A stretch of DNA of 63,478 bases, filler included, from an uncultured bacterium (lineage in GTDB: Bacteria > CAZDME01 > JAYEMH01), in NCBI GenBank assembly GCA_964506785.1. It is 17 parts of 17 records of this genome, joined end to end, with 100 filler letters (N's around TTAATTAATTAA, not from the genome) between each part and the next. Parts side by side here need not be neighbours in the genome. Positions count along the whole stretch, not along the records: positions 18,620 to 22,981 come from CAZDME010000083.1; positions 23,082 to 27,181 come from CAZDME010000084.1; positions 27,282 to 31,355 come from CAZDME010000085.1; positions 31,456 to 34,965 come from CAZDME010000087.1; 13 more parts are not named here. One strand, written 5' to 3'. The position numbers and the translations under genes are program-made. Every line of letters begins with the position of its first letter. The first letter of the stretch is position 1. Below, piece after piece: positions 21,704 through 32,213 of the stretch. A model generated the notes under the pieces. The model saw only the letters and a program-made list of their open reading frames with translations. It was not told the DNA's origin and made no database searches.

Positions 21704-22731
21704 TTTACTTCCTTAGCCCACTCAATTAATTTTTTTATCCCCTGCTGGGGATTTACGGTTGGTTCCCACCTAAGTTCTTTTTTTATCCGGGAAATATCGG
21801 AAATATATACCTTCTGGTCGCTCGGCCGCCAATCTGCAAAAGAAATCTTTGGCTGGTTTTTTAATTCCTCCTTTAAAATCTCCACGAATTCTAACAAAGA
21901 AATCGTATTGTCCGGGCCGCCGCCGATATTGTAAACTCCGTGCTTAATAGTGCTCTGGGCAAATTTATCGTAGGCCTTCACCAGATCTTCTACATAAAGT
22001 AAATCCCTCACCTGTTTACCGTTTCCATAGATAGTGATTGGATGCTTGGTTAAAACGGCAATAATAAACCAGGCTACCCAGCCCTGGTCTTCGAAACCAA
22101 ACTGCCGCGGCCCATAAATGCAGCTCATCCGAAAAACCGCCGTCTTCATCCCATAGATACGGGCATATTCCTGAGTGTAGATATCACCCACATATTTACT
22201 GGCTCCATAAGGGGTGTGGCCGGTATGATCAATGGGCATACTTTCTGAAATTCCTTCGACTCCTTCATAGACGTATCTGGAGTCTTTCTCTTTTAAAGGG
22301 ATCTTATCCACATTCTCGCCAAAAACCTTATTGGTTGAACAATAGATAAATGTTGCCCGGGGGGATTTTTCTCGCAGAGACTCTAAAACATTTAATGTCC
22401 CAAAAGCATTGATATCAAAGTCTTCTCGGGGCTGCCTCACTGAAGACGGCACTCCGGGTTGACCCGCCGTATGGATAACTAAATCTAGGCCGCCTCCGAT
22501 AGCTTTATAAACGTCTTCTTTATTTCTCACATCTCCTTTTATCTTTTTAACATTGTCGTATTTATCTAAATAATTCCAGTTATGCTCTACGCTCTCTTTA
22601 TCATAATTAAATAACTTTGAACGCATTAAATTGTCCAGAATGATAACTTCATCGCCTCTCTTAGCGTAATACTCGGCCGTATGGCTTCCTACCAGGCCGG
22701 CTCCGCCGGTAACCAACACTCTTTTAGCCAC
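21688..22731 (-). CDS. NAD-dependent epimerase/dehydratase (CDP-paratose 2-epimerase-like)
   Basis: GGAGLVG, STNKV, PYGASK, RMSCIYG, EDQGWVAWF. Confidence 0.88.
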   Translation of the reverse strand: MAKRVLVTGGAGLVGSHTAEYYAKRGDEVIILDNLMRSKLFNYDKESVEHNWNYLDKYDNVKKIKGDVRNKEDVYKAIGGGLDLVIHTAGQPGVPSSVRQPREDFDINAFGTLNVLESLREKSPRATFIYCSTNKVFGENVDKIPLKEKDSRYVYEGVEGISESMPIDHTGHTPYGASKYVGDIYTQEYARIYGMKTAVFRMSCIYGPRQFGFEDQGWVAWFIIAVLTKHPITIYGNGKQVRDLLYVEDLVKAYDKFAQSTIKHGVYNIGGGPDNTISLLEFVEILKEELKNQPKISFADWRPSDQKVYISDISRIKKELRWEPTVNPQQGIKKLIEWAKEVNPVRK

Positions 22732-22792
22732 CGTTTACCTCCCTTGTTACAATCTTTGCGCTCAAAAATTAACCGCTGAAACTAAACTCACA

Positions 22793-22981
22793 CTATTCGT
22801 TCTTGTTTTTCTTAAACCAATCAACAGTTAGTTTTAACCCTTTCTCTAAATCAAGCTTTGGAGACCAGGCAAGTTCCTTCCTGGCTAAAGCTATATCCGG
22901 CTGTCTAACTTTAGGATCATCAACAGGCAATGGCTTGAAGACAATTTCGCTTTTACTTTTGGTAATAGACAAAAGCTTTTT
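22793..22981 (-). CDS. SDR epimerase / UDP-glucuronate decarboxylase-like, C-terminal fragment
   Basis: Manual translation FKPLPVDDPKVRQPDI...LAWSPK...GLKLTVDWF. Confidence 0.75.
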   Translation of the reverse strand, partial: KKLLSITKSKSEIVFKPLPVDDPKVRQPDIALARKELAWSPKLDLEKGLKLTVDWFKKNKNE

Positions 22982-23081
22982 NNNNNNNNNNNNNNNNNNN
23001 NNNNNNNNNNNNNNNNNNNNNNNNNTTAATTAATTAANNNNNNNNNNNNNNNNNNNNNNNNNNNNNNNNNNNNNNNNNNNN

Positions 23082-24053
23082 AGGCTTCATGTTAGGATTA
23101 GTTCTAACATCGTTATCCTGCTTTTCAAAAATAATAATTTCTACCCGGGTAAACATCCCCGATAGGAGAGCCTCATCAAGATTATCAACACTGATTTTAG
23201 CTAGAACGGTACGGCTCTTCTCGGCTACGATCGGCTGAATAGAAGTAATCACCCCGGGGAAAACCCTTCCTGGATAGGCATCAACATATAACTTGGCCTT
23301 CTGGCCGATAGAAAGCTTTTGAATGTCTCTTTCTACCACCCCTACCTCGGCAATAGCTGTCTTGGCATCAACTAAAAACCCCACCTTGGTGCTGGGTAAA
23401 ATCAGCTCTCCGGGATATACCAAACAATTTCCCAAGACACATTCACAAGGAGCATAAATCCGGGTTTTATCTAACTCTAATTCGGCAAATTCTAATTCTC
23501 TTTTTTTGCCCTCAACTTCCAGGCGGGCCTGTTCATACTCAAGAATGGCCTGTTCTAATTTCAACTTGATGATGGCCCCGAGATCATATAACTTTTTATA
23601 CATTCGGTATTCTTTGGTTTTCTTGACTAATTCTGCCCGGGCTGATTTTAATTTGGTCTCGGCGTACTTTAAGCGCTGCCGGTAATCTTTGGGGTCAAGG
23701 CTGGCGATTATTTCCGCCTTGCCTATTCTTTCTCCTTCAAGGAAGTTAAAAGATTTGAAAACTCCCTGCACTTCAAAATTCAGGTCTATTTCCTTTTCAC
23801 CTTTCATATTGCCCATGGCGGTAATAACATCCTTATAGTCACTCCTACCCGCCCGAAAAACCTTAACCGGCAAACCCTGAACAGCCGAAGTTGGGGCTGC
23901 ATTCTCTTCGGCCTTGGCCGGTTCGGCTTTTCCAGATTTGACTTTTTCTTTCAGTTTGCCGGGAACTATTTTCTTTTGAAAAAATGTCCAGGCAAGAAGT
24001 AAACCTAAAGCCAGTATCAGAAGAATAATAATCCGTTGCTTTCTTTTATCCAT
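23082..24053 (-). CDS. RND efflux periplasmic adaptor (MFP), 3' partial
   Basis: N-terminal TM, lipoyl halves, coiled-coil hairpin, VDAYPGRVFPG, LLSGMF. Confidence 0.9.
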
Positions 24054-24114
24054 ATTTCCTTCCTCCGCCTACCTGCACTTTTACGGCGCAAGCAATGCTT
24101 TCCCTTTGTGGTCA

Positions 24115-26055
24115 CTATCTTTTTCCATAAGAATAATAAAAGCTGATACCCATGGCCCGATTAAGTGTGGCCAGGGCCAGATAATATTCCATCAAGGCTT
24201 TTGAATAGGCGTTTTCCTGTTCACTAAGGTTAATTTTCGCCTCCAGGAGCGTGCTTAAAGGCACAATATCCAAACTTTTTCGTAATTCGGCGATTTCTAC
24301 TTCTTTTTTATAATATTTAATTTTGCTCTCTACTGCCGCCAGCATTATTTTCGCCCTTTCGTAAAGAAAATAGGCTTCTTTTACCTCCAGGGTAATTTTC
24401 TGTCTCAACTGGTTATAATCATTCATTGCTTTTTGAAAAGCAATTTCGGCTTCTTTACTTTTAGAGTAATAATCCAAATTATCGAGAAGACCGAATTTGA
24501 AGCTATGGGTCCGGGCCTCTGTAGTTAAATTTGTCTCCGTAATCTCCGCGGGATTGACCTTTTCGCGGTTATAAGAATAATCAAGGGAACTGCCCCCAAA
24601 AGACCAGCTAAGTTTACCTAAAACAGACCATTCCTCTCTCATCCGCAAAATATCCTGGGTATAGGCTTCACCGGATTCCCCAACACTTCCGACTAAACTT
24701 AATTCGGGCCAGCCCTTACGTTTGGCAATCTTCTCGCCATATTTCGAACTGGCTAAGGTTAATTGGCCTACCCGAATTTCCGGCCGATTGCGCAGGGCTA
24801 AATTCAAACAGCGGTCTAAATTTACTCCCAGATCAGAATTATACGAAAGTTCTTCGTCAATCAGCAAAGCAAAAGGGACATCCAGATTTAAAACCTGCTG
24901 GAATTTCAATTTAGCTAAGGATAAGGCCTGTTGGCTGGAAATTAAAGAAAACCCTACCTGGTTAAATTTGGATTCAAGATTCAGAAATTCCAGGCGGGAT
25001 ACATAACCTAATTTATATTGCTTATCAGTCAAATCCAAGAAATCCTGGGCCTGCTTATAAAGAGACTGCTGTAACTTAACGACTTTCTGGAGATAAATCA
25101 GTTTATAATAGTTTTGTTCGACCTGGTAAATAAGTTCCTGCTTTACGGTATCAAAATTCTGCCGGGCAATTTTCTGTCCCAGCTCAGCCCGGTGAAGAAG
25201 AAAAACATTTCTTCCACCGTCAAAAATTAACTGCTGGAACTGTAAGGAACGACTCCTGGATTCGTAATCGTTATCGACAGTCTTCCCGTAGGTATCACGC
25301 ATTTCCCCTACCACCGAAGGGAAAAGAACCCGCCAGGCTTCAAATAATTTCATCTCGGCTAATTCCACCTCTTTTTTGGCAATTTTAACCGGGAGACTGT
25401 TCAAAATAGCCATTTGGATACACCCTTGAAGATTGACAACCGGTTTTTCTCTGGCTGGTTTTTCACTCTTTTTTAGCGGCTGAGAAGGTTTCCTTTTTAT
25501 CTCCCTCTTTTTTTCTTCGGCTATCTTCTTCTTTATCTTTAGTTCGGCTATTTTTTCCTCTTGCCGGCGGATGGCTTTATCTTTGACCTGTAGCTCTTTC
25601 TCTACCTTCTCCTTCGCCTGGCGAATAATCTGCTGATTTATCCCCTCCCAAAGTTGAATTACCTCCGACGCAGTTTTATGCTGTGGATAGGTCTCAACAG
25701 CCTTTCTTAATTCCTCTTTGGCTTTATCCCATTCTTTCCTTCGGTAATACTTCCTACCTAAATTATAATGCCGAGAAAATAACTTATCTTTTTGCTTTTT
25801 CCCTTTTAGCTCTGCAGATACGGCTTTTAAAAATTCTCGAGCGATTTCATCGTTGGAATCAAGTTTGAGAATCTGCAAAAGTTCTTTTCGGGCCGCTTCT
25901 AATTCGCCTTTAAGATAGAAATCCTTGGCTTGAAGATAAAGCTTCTGGGTTTCAAGGAGTAAAGGCTCATCGGTAGAGGTTTTGGCAAAAGAGGCGGGGT
26001 CTAAACTAAAAAGCAGGGCTAATACCAAAAACATCCTGAGAAATTTGCCAGACAT
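24115..26055 (-). CDS. TolC-family outer membrane protein with N-terminal TPR-like/coiled-coil extension
   Basis: Signal peptide, helical repeats, then LQGCIQMA...LALRNRPE...LATLNRAMG TolC repeats. Confidence 0.85.
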   Translation of the reverse strand: MSGKFLRMFLVLALLFSLDPASFAKTSTDEPLLLETQKLYLQAKDFYLKGELEAARKELLQILKLDSNDEIAREFLKAVSAELKGKKQKDKLFSRHYNLGRKYYRRKEWDKAKEELRKAVETYPQHKTASEVIQLWEGINQQIIRQAKEKVEKELQVKDKAIRRQEEKIAELKIKKKIAEEKKREIKRKPSQPLKKSEKPAREKPVVNLQGCIQMAILNSLPVKIAKKEVELAEMKLFEAWRVLFPSVVGEMRDTYGKTVDNDYESRSRSLQFQQLIFDGGRNVFLLHRAELGQKIARQNFDTVKQELIYQVEQNYYKLIYLQKVVKLQQSLYKQAQDFLDLTDKQYKLGYVSRLEFLNLESKFNQVGFSLISSQQALSLAKLKFQQVLNLDVPFALLIDEELSYNSDLGVNLDRCLNLALRNRPEIRVGQLTLASSKYGEKIAKRKGWPELSLVGSVGESGEAYTQDILRMREEWSVLGKLSWSFGGSSLDYSYNREKVNPAEITETNLTTEARTHSFKFGLLDNLDYYSKSKEAEIAFQKAMNDYNQLRQKITLEVKEAYFLYERAKIMLAAVESKIKYYKKEVEIAELRKSLDIVPLSTLLEAKINLSEQENAYSKALMEYYLALATLNRAMGISFYYSYGKR

Positions 26056-26288
26056 CGATCCCTCGCGCGGTCAAAAAAGTGATTTTGTGCGTTTGCCGTA
26101 AGTATAGCACATATATATATTTTAAGGCAAGATGTTTTTGAATTGTTTGAGTAAGGACAGAAAAATAAAAACATCCCCGTCGATTTGGCGGGGATAAACA
26201 CTATGTGCCATTATTTTGGCCCATAAATTATAGGATATCGGATTTCCTATAAAAGCTTTTGGCTCATGGCTCTTAGCGTATAGCAAAT

Positions 26289-26347
26289 AAAAAAGATGAG
26301 TCGCCTGTTCCGCCACAAAAATTAGCGGGCAAGTTTCCAGGCAACTC
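26289..26347 (-). terminator. Riboswitch expression-platform terminator
   Basis: Minus strand GAGTTGCCTG pairs with CAGGCGACTC, followed by ATCTTTTTT. Confidence 0.7.
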
Positions 26348-26420
26348 AGCCGTCATTGCTTTGGGCAAGACCTGAAGTCTTGCGCCCCTATATTACCATA
26401 GGTTTGCCTTTATCTAGAAA
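26334..26420 (-). ncRNA. Cyclic di-GMP-I (GEMM) riboswitch
   Basis: Minus strand TTTCTAG-ATAAA-GGCAAACCTATG-GTAA-TATAGGGGCGCAAG...GGTCT...GACGGCTGAGTTGC-CTGGAAA: GGCAAAC, GNRA loop, GCGCAA junction, P1 closes. Confidence 0.88.
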
Positions 26421-26468
26421 TTTACCAAAGAAAGTGCAGCATATTGTAACGGGTAAAAGCAAATAAAT

Positions 26469-27181
26469 CTATCCCATCAAGACTTCTACCTGATAGGTTT
26501 TGCCCGGCTGAAAATTGGCAATTAAATTCCCTTTTATTCGTTTCCCATTAACCGAAACCTTTTTTACCCCTTTTTCAACACCTTTAGGATTTTTAATCCT
26601 GATCTCAAAGGTCGCCCGGCGAAAACTTCTCTTGGCCCGGCACTCTTTCCACTTTGAGGGAAAACAGGGGTCAATCCTCAAGCCTTTATAATCGGCCTGG
26701 ATGCCCAAAAGCCAGACAGTGGCCGCCATAAAATTCCAGCCGGCGGTGCCGGTAATCCAGGTAAAAGCCCCTTCGCCATAATGGTAAGGATGCTCCGGAC
26801 CAACCAGGTATTCGGCATAAACATACGGCTCGGTTTTATAAAGCTCATAATCATCCTGGGCATTGGGCATGATTTTTTTCATGCTTTTATAGGCAATGTT
26901 TCCCCGTCCCAGGAGACAATTGGCAACAATCATAAAGGTGGCCGCATGACAAAAAACCGCGGCGTTTTCCTTGGTCCCTTCAGAAAACATGGTCATCCGG
27001 CCCAGGCGCGAGTCATAATTCGAATAGGCCGGATAAAATAAAGCATAGCCGTGTTTGCCATCCAAATATTTATCGGTGGATTGAAGAAGCTTTTTTAAAC
27101 GTTCGCCTTTAGCCAGGCCGCTTAAAACAGCCCAGCTTTGGGTATTGAGAAATATTTTCCCGGCGGGATTAGTTTTTGAAC
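26469..27181 (-). CDS. GH94 glycoside phosphorylase, C-terminal part (5' partial)
   Basis: KENAAVFCH, YKTEPYV, TWITGTAGW, GLRIDPC. Confidence 0.9.
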
Positions 27182-27281
27182 NNNNNNNNNNNNNNNNNNN
27201 NNNNNNNNNNNNNNNNNNNNNNNNNTTAATTAATTAANNNNNNNNNNNNNNNNNNNNNNNNNNNNNNNNNNNNNNNNNNNN

Positions 27282-27995
27282 AATTTAAATAAAATTAAAG
27301 AGATTGATTATAAAGGGAAATTTAATCTGGTTACCAACGTTGACCAGCAGTCTCAGGATAAAATCGTTGAAATCATCCATCATTCCCTTCCTGACCACGG
27401 AATCTTAGCTGAAGAAAAAGGAGGCCTGAAAAAAAAAGATTCTCCCTACAAATGGCTTATTGATCCCCTGGATGGCACCACTAACTACGCCCACGGTTAC
27501 CCCTGTTTTTGTGTTTCTATTGCCCTGGAGAAAGAAGGAAACGTTATTATGGCCGTTATTTACAATCCGGTTTTAAATGAGCTCTTCTTTGCAGAAAAAG
27601 GCAAGGGAGCCTTTTTAAACGGGGGAAAAATTTGTGCCTCTCAAACAAAAAAAGTCAGCCGGAGTCTTCTGGCCACTGGGTTCCCTTACAACCGCGGAGA
27701 AAATTTAAATTACCATCTTAAGCAATTCAAAAATTTTATGGAGCATTGTCATGGAATCAGGCGCGACGGTTCGGCCGCCCTTAATCTATCTTATTTAGCC
27801 ATGGGCCGTTTTGACGGCTTCTGGGAAGTTAACCTTTCTCCCTGGGATACTGCCGCGGGGAGCCTCATAGTTAAAGAAGCCGGAGGTAAAATAACTACCT
27901 TCTCTGGCAAACCTTTCAGCCATTATGCTAAAGAGACTCTCGCCAGCAATGGCTTAATCCACCAAGAAATGCTAAAAATTCTTCATACCCCTTAA
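27282..27995 (+). CDS. suhB: Inositol monophosphatase family protein (5' partial)
   Basis: WLIDPLDGTTNYAHG upstream in frame; RRDGSAAL, WDTAAG. Confidence 0.9.
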   Translation, partial: NLNKIKEIDYKGKFNLVTNVDQQSQDKIVEIIHHSLPDHGILAEEKGGLKKKDSPYKWLIDPLDGTTNYAHGYPCFCVSIALEKEGNVIMAVIYNPVLNELFFAEKGKGAFLNGGKICASQTKKVSRSLLATGFPYNRGENLNYHLKQFKNFMEHCHGIRRDGSAALNLSYLAMGRFDGFWEVNLSPWDTAAGSLIVKEAGGKITTFSGKPFSHYAKETLASNGLIHQEMLKILHTP

Positions 27996-28041
27996 TTTTT
28001 TTCTCCCATTCCGGGGAAATGGAAAGATTGACTGAAAAAAT

Positions 28042-29082
28042 CTAGCTAAAAACTCTTTTTACTGCCTTAATTATTTTTTCTATTTCTTTCTCCTTTAAAG
28101 AGGGGTAAATCGGAATAGAAAGAACTTCTCGATAAGCTTTATCTGTTTCCGGAAAACCCTCAAGAGCTAAATATTGGTGAAGCGGCTTAAATACCGGCCG
28201 CTCGGCACTAATGCCTTTTACTCTTAAAGATTTAATAAACCTCTCAAGATTCCCCTGCACCCTTAAAACATAACGATAATAGATACGCCCACTTCTTGAA
28301 GAGGGAAGTTTTAAAAAAATATTATTTTTAAAAGTTTGATTGAATCTTTCGGCAATTTCTTTACGACGCTTAAGAAAAACAGGTAATTTCTTTAATTGCG
28401 ATATCCCTAGAGCCGCTTGAAAATCAGTCATCTTGTAATTAAACCTTAAAAAATTGAGATTTTTTTTGTGGTCATAATCCCGCCAATCCTTCATCTTTTT
28501 TAGAAGTTGGCTAGAATTAGAAACAATCATCCCGCCTTCTCCAGTAGTCATAAGCTTGGTAGCATAAAATGAAAAAATAGAAATTGTTCCAAAGCTGCCC
28601 GTTTTTTTACCCGCTAATGATGCTCCCAGGCTCTGGGCACAATCTTCTACTATCGGCACACCTAAAGATAGGAACTGCCGGATTTTAACCGGATTCCCAA
28701 ACATATGCGGGGCAATAATCGCTTTGGTCCTTTGATTAATTCTTTTCTCTGTCTCTTTAAAACTTAAATTGTAACTGCCTTCTTCAATATCAACTAAACA
28801 CGGTTTTGCACCAGTGTATAAAATAGCCAGATAAGGAGCGGTGCAAACAAAAGATGGTAAAATCACTTCATCTCCTTTACCTATTCCTAAAGCTAATAAA
28901 GAAAGATGAAGAGCCGCCGTACCCGAGCTAACTGCTAGGCCGGCTTTTACTCCAATAAATCTGGCAAATTTCGCCTCGAACTCCAAGACCTTTCTGCCCT
29001 GAGTAATCTGTTTTGAGCGAAACACCTCTCTTATTGCAACTAAATCTTTTTTATCAATTGCCGGTCGAGAATGATTCATCAT
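28042..29082 (-). CDS. DegT/DnrJ/EryC1/StrS aminotransferase
   Basis: SSGTAALHL, EDCAQ, SFYATKLMTTGEGG. Confidence 0.93.
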   Translation of the reverse strand: MMNHSRPAIDKKDLVAIREVFRSKQITQGRKVLEFEAKFARFIGVKAGLAVSSGTAALHLSLLALGIGKGDEVILPSFVCTAPYLAILYTGAKPCLVDIEEGSYNLSFKETEKRINQRTKAIIAPHMFGNPVKIRQFLSLGVPIVEDCAQSLGASLAGKKTGSFGTISIFSFYATKLMTTGEGGMIVSNSSQLLKKMKDWRDYDHKKNLNFLRFNYKMTDFQAALGISQLKKLPVFLKRRKEIAERFNQTFKNNIFLKLPSSRSGRIYYRYVLRVQGNLERFIKSLRVKGISAERPVFKPLHQYLALEGFPETDKAYREVLSIPIYPSLKEKEIEKIIKAVKRVFS

Positions 29083-29693
29083 ATTTTCCTTAAAACCCTC
29101 AGGGCCTTAAATCCTTCCGCATATTTAACCTTACCCTGGAATCCCCTGAAATTGGCTGTGGCTTCGATGCTCTCTATCATATCTAAATTAGTCGGATAAA
29201 TCCGGTTAACCTGAGAAGAATGAGCCTTAAGCAGTTTAACTTTATCCTCCAGGACCGGTTCGATATCAACAAAAATATTCGGTTCGAAATTACTGGTGGT
29301 GTAACTTTCATATAGAAAAACACATTTAATATAGCGGGTGGCAGCTAAACCACACAGGGATAAAGTGCGGTGGTCCTGATGGGTATCATCAAAGTAATTA
29401 AGATAGATTTCATCCGGTTTCACTTTAGCAATCACCTCTTCAATTTTGGTAATGGCTTTTTTATTAACCGGGATTTCTGTATCCATAAATCCACCCCAGA
29501 AGATTTCTTTTACCCCCAAGATACGGGCAGATTCTTTCTGCTCTTTTCTTCTCACTTTGCCTTCTCCGGATGACTCTCCTTCGGTTAAAATCAAAAGATA
29601 GATATTATTACCCGCTCGGCTTTGCAATAACAAGGTTCCGCCACAGCCATATTCGATATCATCCGGGTGTGCCCCAATAGCTAAAATATTCAT
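29079..29693 (-). CDS. PIG-L family deacetylase
   Basis: AHPDDIE, DTHQDH, YAEGF. Confidence 0.92.
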   Translation of the reverse strand: MNILAIGAHPDDIEYGCGGTLLLQSRAGNNIYLLILTEGESSGEGKVRRKEQKESARILGVKEIFWGGFMDTEIPVNKKAITKIEEVIAKVKPDEIYLNYFDDTHQDHRTLSLCGLAATRYIKCVFLYESYTTSNFEPNIFVDIEPVLEDKVKLLKAHSSQVNRIYPTNLDMIESIEATANFRGFQGKVKYAEGFKALRVLRKI

Positions 29694-29716
29694 AATAAAA
29701 TCCTCCTTTTACCTTT

Positions 29717-30400
29717 TCATCCCTTTCTTAAAATTTTTAAACTATTCCTGCCGCAGTTAAATAGAAGGTCAATGATGGACATGTTTTCCTGGAATCCATT
29801 CTCGGAGAAAGCTTGAGGATAGACTAAAGGTGCGAAATTTTGAAATTGCACTTTAATGGCGGCTTCCCTAAATTTGTCTAAATCCAGATAATTCCTTCCG
29901 CCTTCCCCAGAAAGATAAATATCAGCTTTAAACTTCTGACATATATCAAGGAGACGGTCGGTTTTCCTCCCTGGTATATCTAACTCAGAAGACAAAATTA
30001 ACTTCGTTTTAATGCCTAAAAAATTTTTCAAATTTTCAATCAAATAAATGTTAAGAGGAGAAAGCCTCTGCCAGTTTCTTTCATAAACATCTTTGAAAAA
30101 AGCTTGATATTCCTTAAAAAATGAAACCTTACTATAATTGGTTAAAAGGGCCTGATAGTGTTTGTTCCGCCAGTTCATTTTATTATCCACTTCTAGCTGG
30201 GATAAAGTTTGTCCAAATTTATATTTTACCGGAACTGTCAGCCATTGCCAACCCTGACTATTAGGAATGCGATTGCGATTCTGCCACTCATTCTTCTTAA
30301 ACTGAACATCATCCAAAAGGACAAAGCAATCCGCTTTATCCATTTTATCAAAAAATCCCGGATATGGCAAATATTGAGGTTGATGAATAGCGATTATCAT
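29717..30400 (-). CDS. WbqC family protein
   Basis: AIHQPQYLPY, QNRNRI, YLSGEGG, SIIDLLFN. Confidence 0.92.
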   Translation of the reverse strand: MIIAIHQPQYLPYPGFFDKMDKADCFVLLDDVQFKKNEWQNRNRIPNSQGWQWLTVPVKYKFGQTLSQLEVDNKMNWRNKHYQALLTNYSKVSFFKEYQAFFKDVYERNWQRLSPLNIYLIENLKNFLGIKTKLILSSELDIPGRKTDRLLDICQKFKADIYLSGEGGRNYLDLDKFREAAIKVQFQNFAPLVYPQAFSENGFQENMSIIDLLFNCGRNSLKILRKG

Positions 30401-30425
30401 TTTTCCCCTTTGATAATAGGCGTAT

Positions 30426-31151
30426 TTAATTTTTAAAACTAACTACCCGAGTAATTTTATCCTTACTAAGGACAGCAACAATTGTATCCCCTAAATTTGA
30501 AAAAATACGATTTAACACTCCTACTAAGAATTTTCTAAGTAAACTATCTGCGCCAAAATAGGAAAAAAGGTAAAAAAATCTTATCTTTAAGCACTGGATG
30601 CTTAAAGAAGTTTGTTTTAATATTTGCCGCAACCGTTTTTCGTCATAGTAAAAGTGATGATTAGGGTCATTATCCGGGAAAATTCCCAGAAAACTAAATT
30701 TGAGACGGCCCTTGAGACTGGGCATATTAGGCACGGTAAGAAGCATCAAGCCGCCTTCATTCAAAAAAGGCGTGAGTTTGTTAAGTAACTCCCAAGGTTT
30801 AAAAAAATGCTCAAGAATCTCCCCCAATAGAATTAAATCGTATTTTTTCACTAAGTTAACCTCCTCTATTCTGCCACAGATAAATTCAGTCTGGAGATTA
30901 TATTCTTCAGCCAAGGCTTTGGCCTTATTTACCCGAATGTAATCTTTCTCTATACCTAAAACATGGTAACCCAGGTTAGCTAACTCAACAGCTATATCTC
31001 CACAGGCAGAGCCAACATCCAGGATGGCCTTTTTTTTCGGTAATAGTTCCTGAATTATTTCAAGTAAATATTTTTTTCTAATTTGGTGGCTATAAATTCT
31101 TTTTTTCCCTAATTTTGTAATTTCTAAAATATGACTTTGCGGTATCAACAT
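30426..31151 (-). CDS. Class I SAM-dependent methyltransferase
   Basis: ILDVGSACG, EILEHF, LTVPN. Confidence 0.85.
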   Translation of the reverse strand: MLIPQSHILEITKLGKKRIYSHQIRKKYLLEIIQELLPKKKAILDVGSACGDIAVELANLGYHVLGIEKDYIRVNKAKALAEEYNLQTEFICGRIEEVNLVKKYDLILLGEILEHFFKPWELLNKLTPFLNEGGLMLLTVPNMPSLKGRLKFSFLGIFPDNDPNHHFYYDEKRLRQILKQTSLSIQCLKIRFFYLFSYFGADSLLRKFLVGVLNRIFSNLGDTIVAVLSKDKITRVVSFKN

Positions 31152-31480
31152 TTTTAATCTACTTTAAATCAGAAATAAGTTTATTGCCACTTGCTATCAA
31201 CCTAGTTAGAAATAGGTATAGTAAAATTAAACCATAGGTTTTAAAAGCCGAAAAAACACTCAAAAGGCCTTCTTGAAATATGGTAAAACGCAAAGAACTA
31301 CATTTAGATAATATAAGAAGAACTGCACCTAACAATAATAAAACCTCCAGCTTTTNNNNNNNNNNNNNNNNNNNNNNNNNNNNNNNNNNNNNNNNNNNNT
31401 TAATTAATTAANNNNNNNNNNNNNNNNNNNNNNNNNNNNNNNNNNNNNNNNNNNNGTTGACTAAGAAACACAGCACTCCC

Positions 31481-31562
31481 CTCTGCGCCCCACCTAATGT
31501 GAAACGCGGTGTCCTCGAGGGGTAGGCTCGCTCTCAGACTCGCTCCTTGAGCAAACTGCTAA
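31481..31562 (+). repeat. Structured array repeat core, copy R1
   Basis: CTCTGC..CCTAATG..GCGGT..CTCGAGGGG..AGACTCG-CTCCTTGAG-CAAACTGCTAA. Confidence 0.85.
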
Positions 31563-31657
31563 AAGGAAAAAAATTAAAAAAATTTGAAAGAATCTTTTTA
31601 ATTTTTGTGTCTCTAAGTATGTAAGGGGCACGATATGAAACCAAAAAAGGAGGGAAA

Positions 31658-32197
31658 ATGGACAAAAAGAAGAAAACTACGGTAACGGGTTTAATCCCCC
31701 AAGAGACTATTGAAAGTAAAATTCTCTTACTTAGAGGACAAAAGGTCATGTTAGACAGAGATCTAGCAAAGCTATATAAAGTACCCACCAAGAGGCTTAA
31801 TGAACAGGTTAAAAGGAATAAGGGGCGATTCCCGGAGGATTTTATGTTTCAATTGACGAAAAATGAGAAAAATGAACTGGTCGCAAATTGCGACCGGTTT
31901 AACCCCCTTAAACACTCTACTGTACTGCCTTATGCTTTTACAGAACATGGGGCATTAATGTTAGCCAACGTAATCAAAAGCTCTACTGCAATAGCGGTTA
32001 GTATTCTGATTGTCCGTGCATTTATCAGGCTAAGAGAAGTCATCAGAAACCACAAAGATCTTCGAAGAAAAATTGAAGATATGGAGAGGAAATATGACGG
32101 ACAATTTAAAATCGTTTTTACAGCCATTAAGAAACTGATGGAAACACCAGAAGTGAAACCAAAAGTGATACAGGATTTCAACCCTCGTAAAGACTAA
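31658..32197 (+). CDS. ORF6N domain DNA-binding protein
   Basis: LRGQKVMLDRDLAKLY, VKRNKGRFPEDFMFQL, PYAFTEHG. Confidence 0.92.
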   Translation: MDKKKKTTVTGLIPQETIESKILLLRGQKVMLDRDLAKLYKVPTKRLNEQVKRNKGRFPEDFMFQLTKNEKNELVANCDRFNPLKHSTVLPYAFTEHGALMLANVIKSSTAIAVSILIVRAFIRLREVIRNHKDLRRKIEDMERKYDGQFKIVFTAIKKLMETPEVKPKVIQDFNPRKD

Positions 32198-32213
32198 AGC
32201 ACACAGCACTGTA

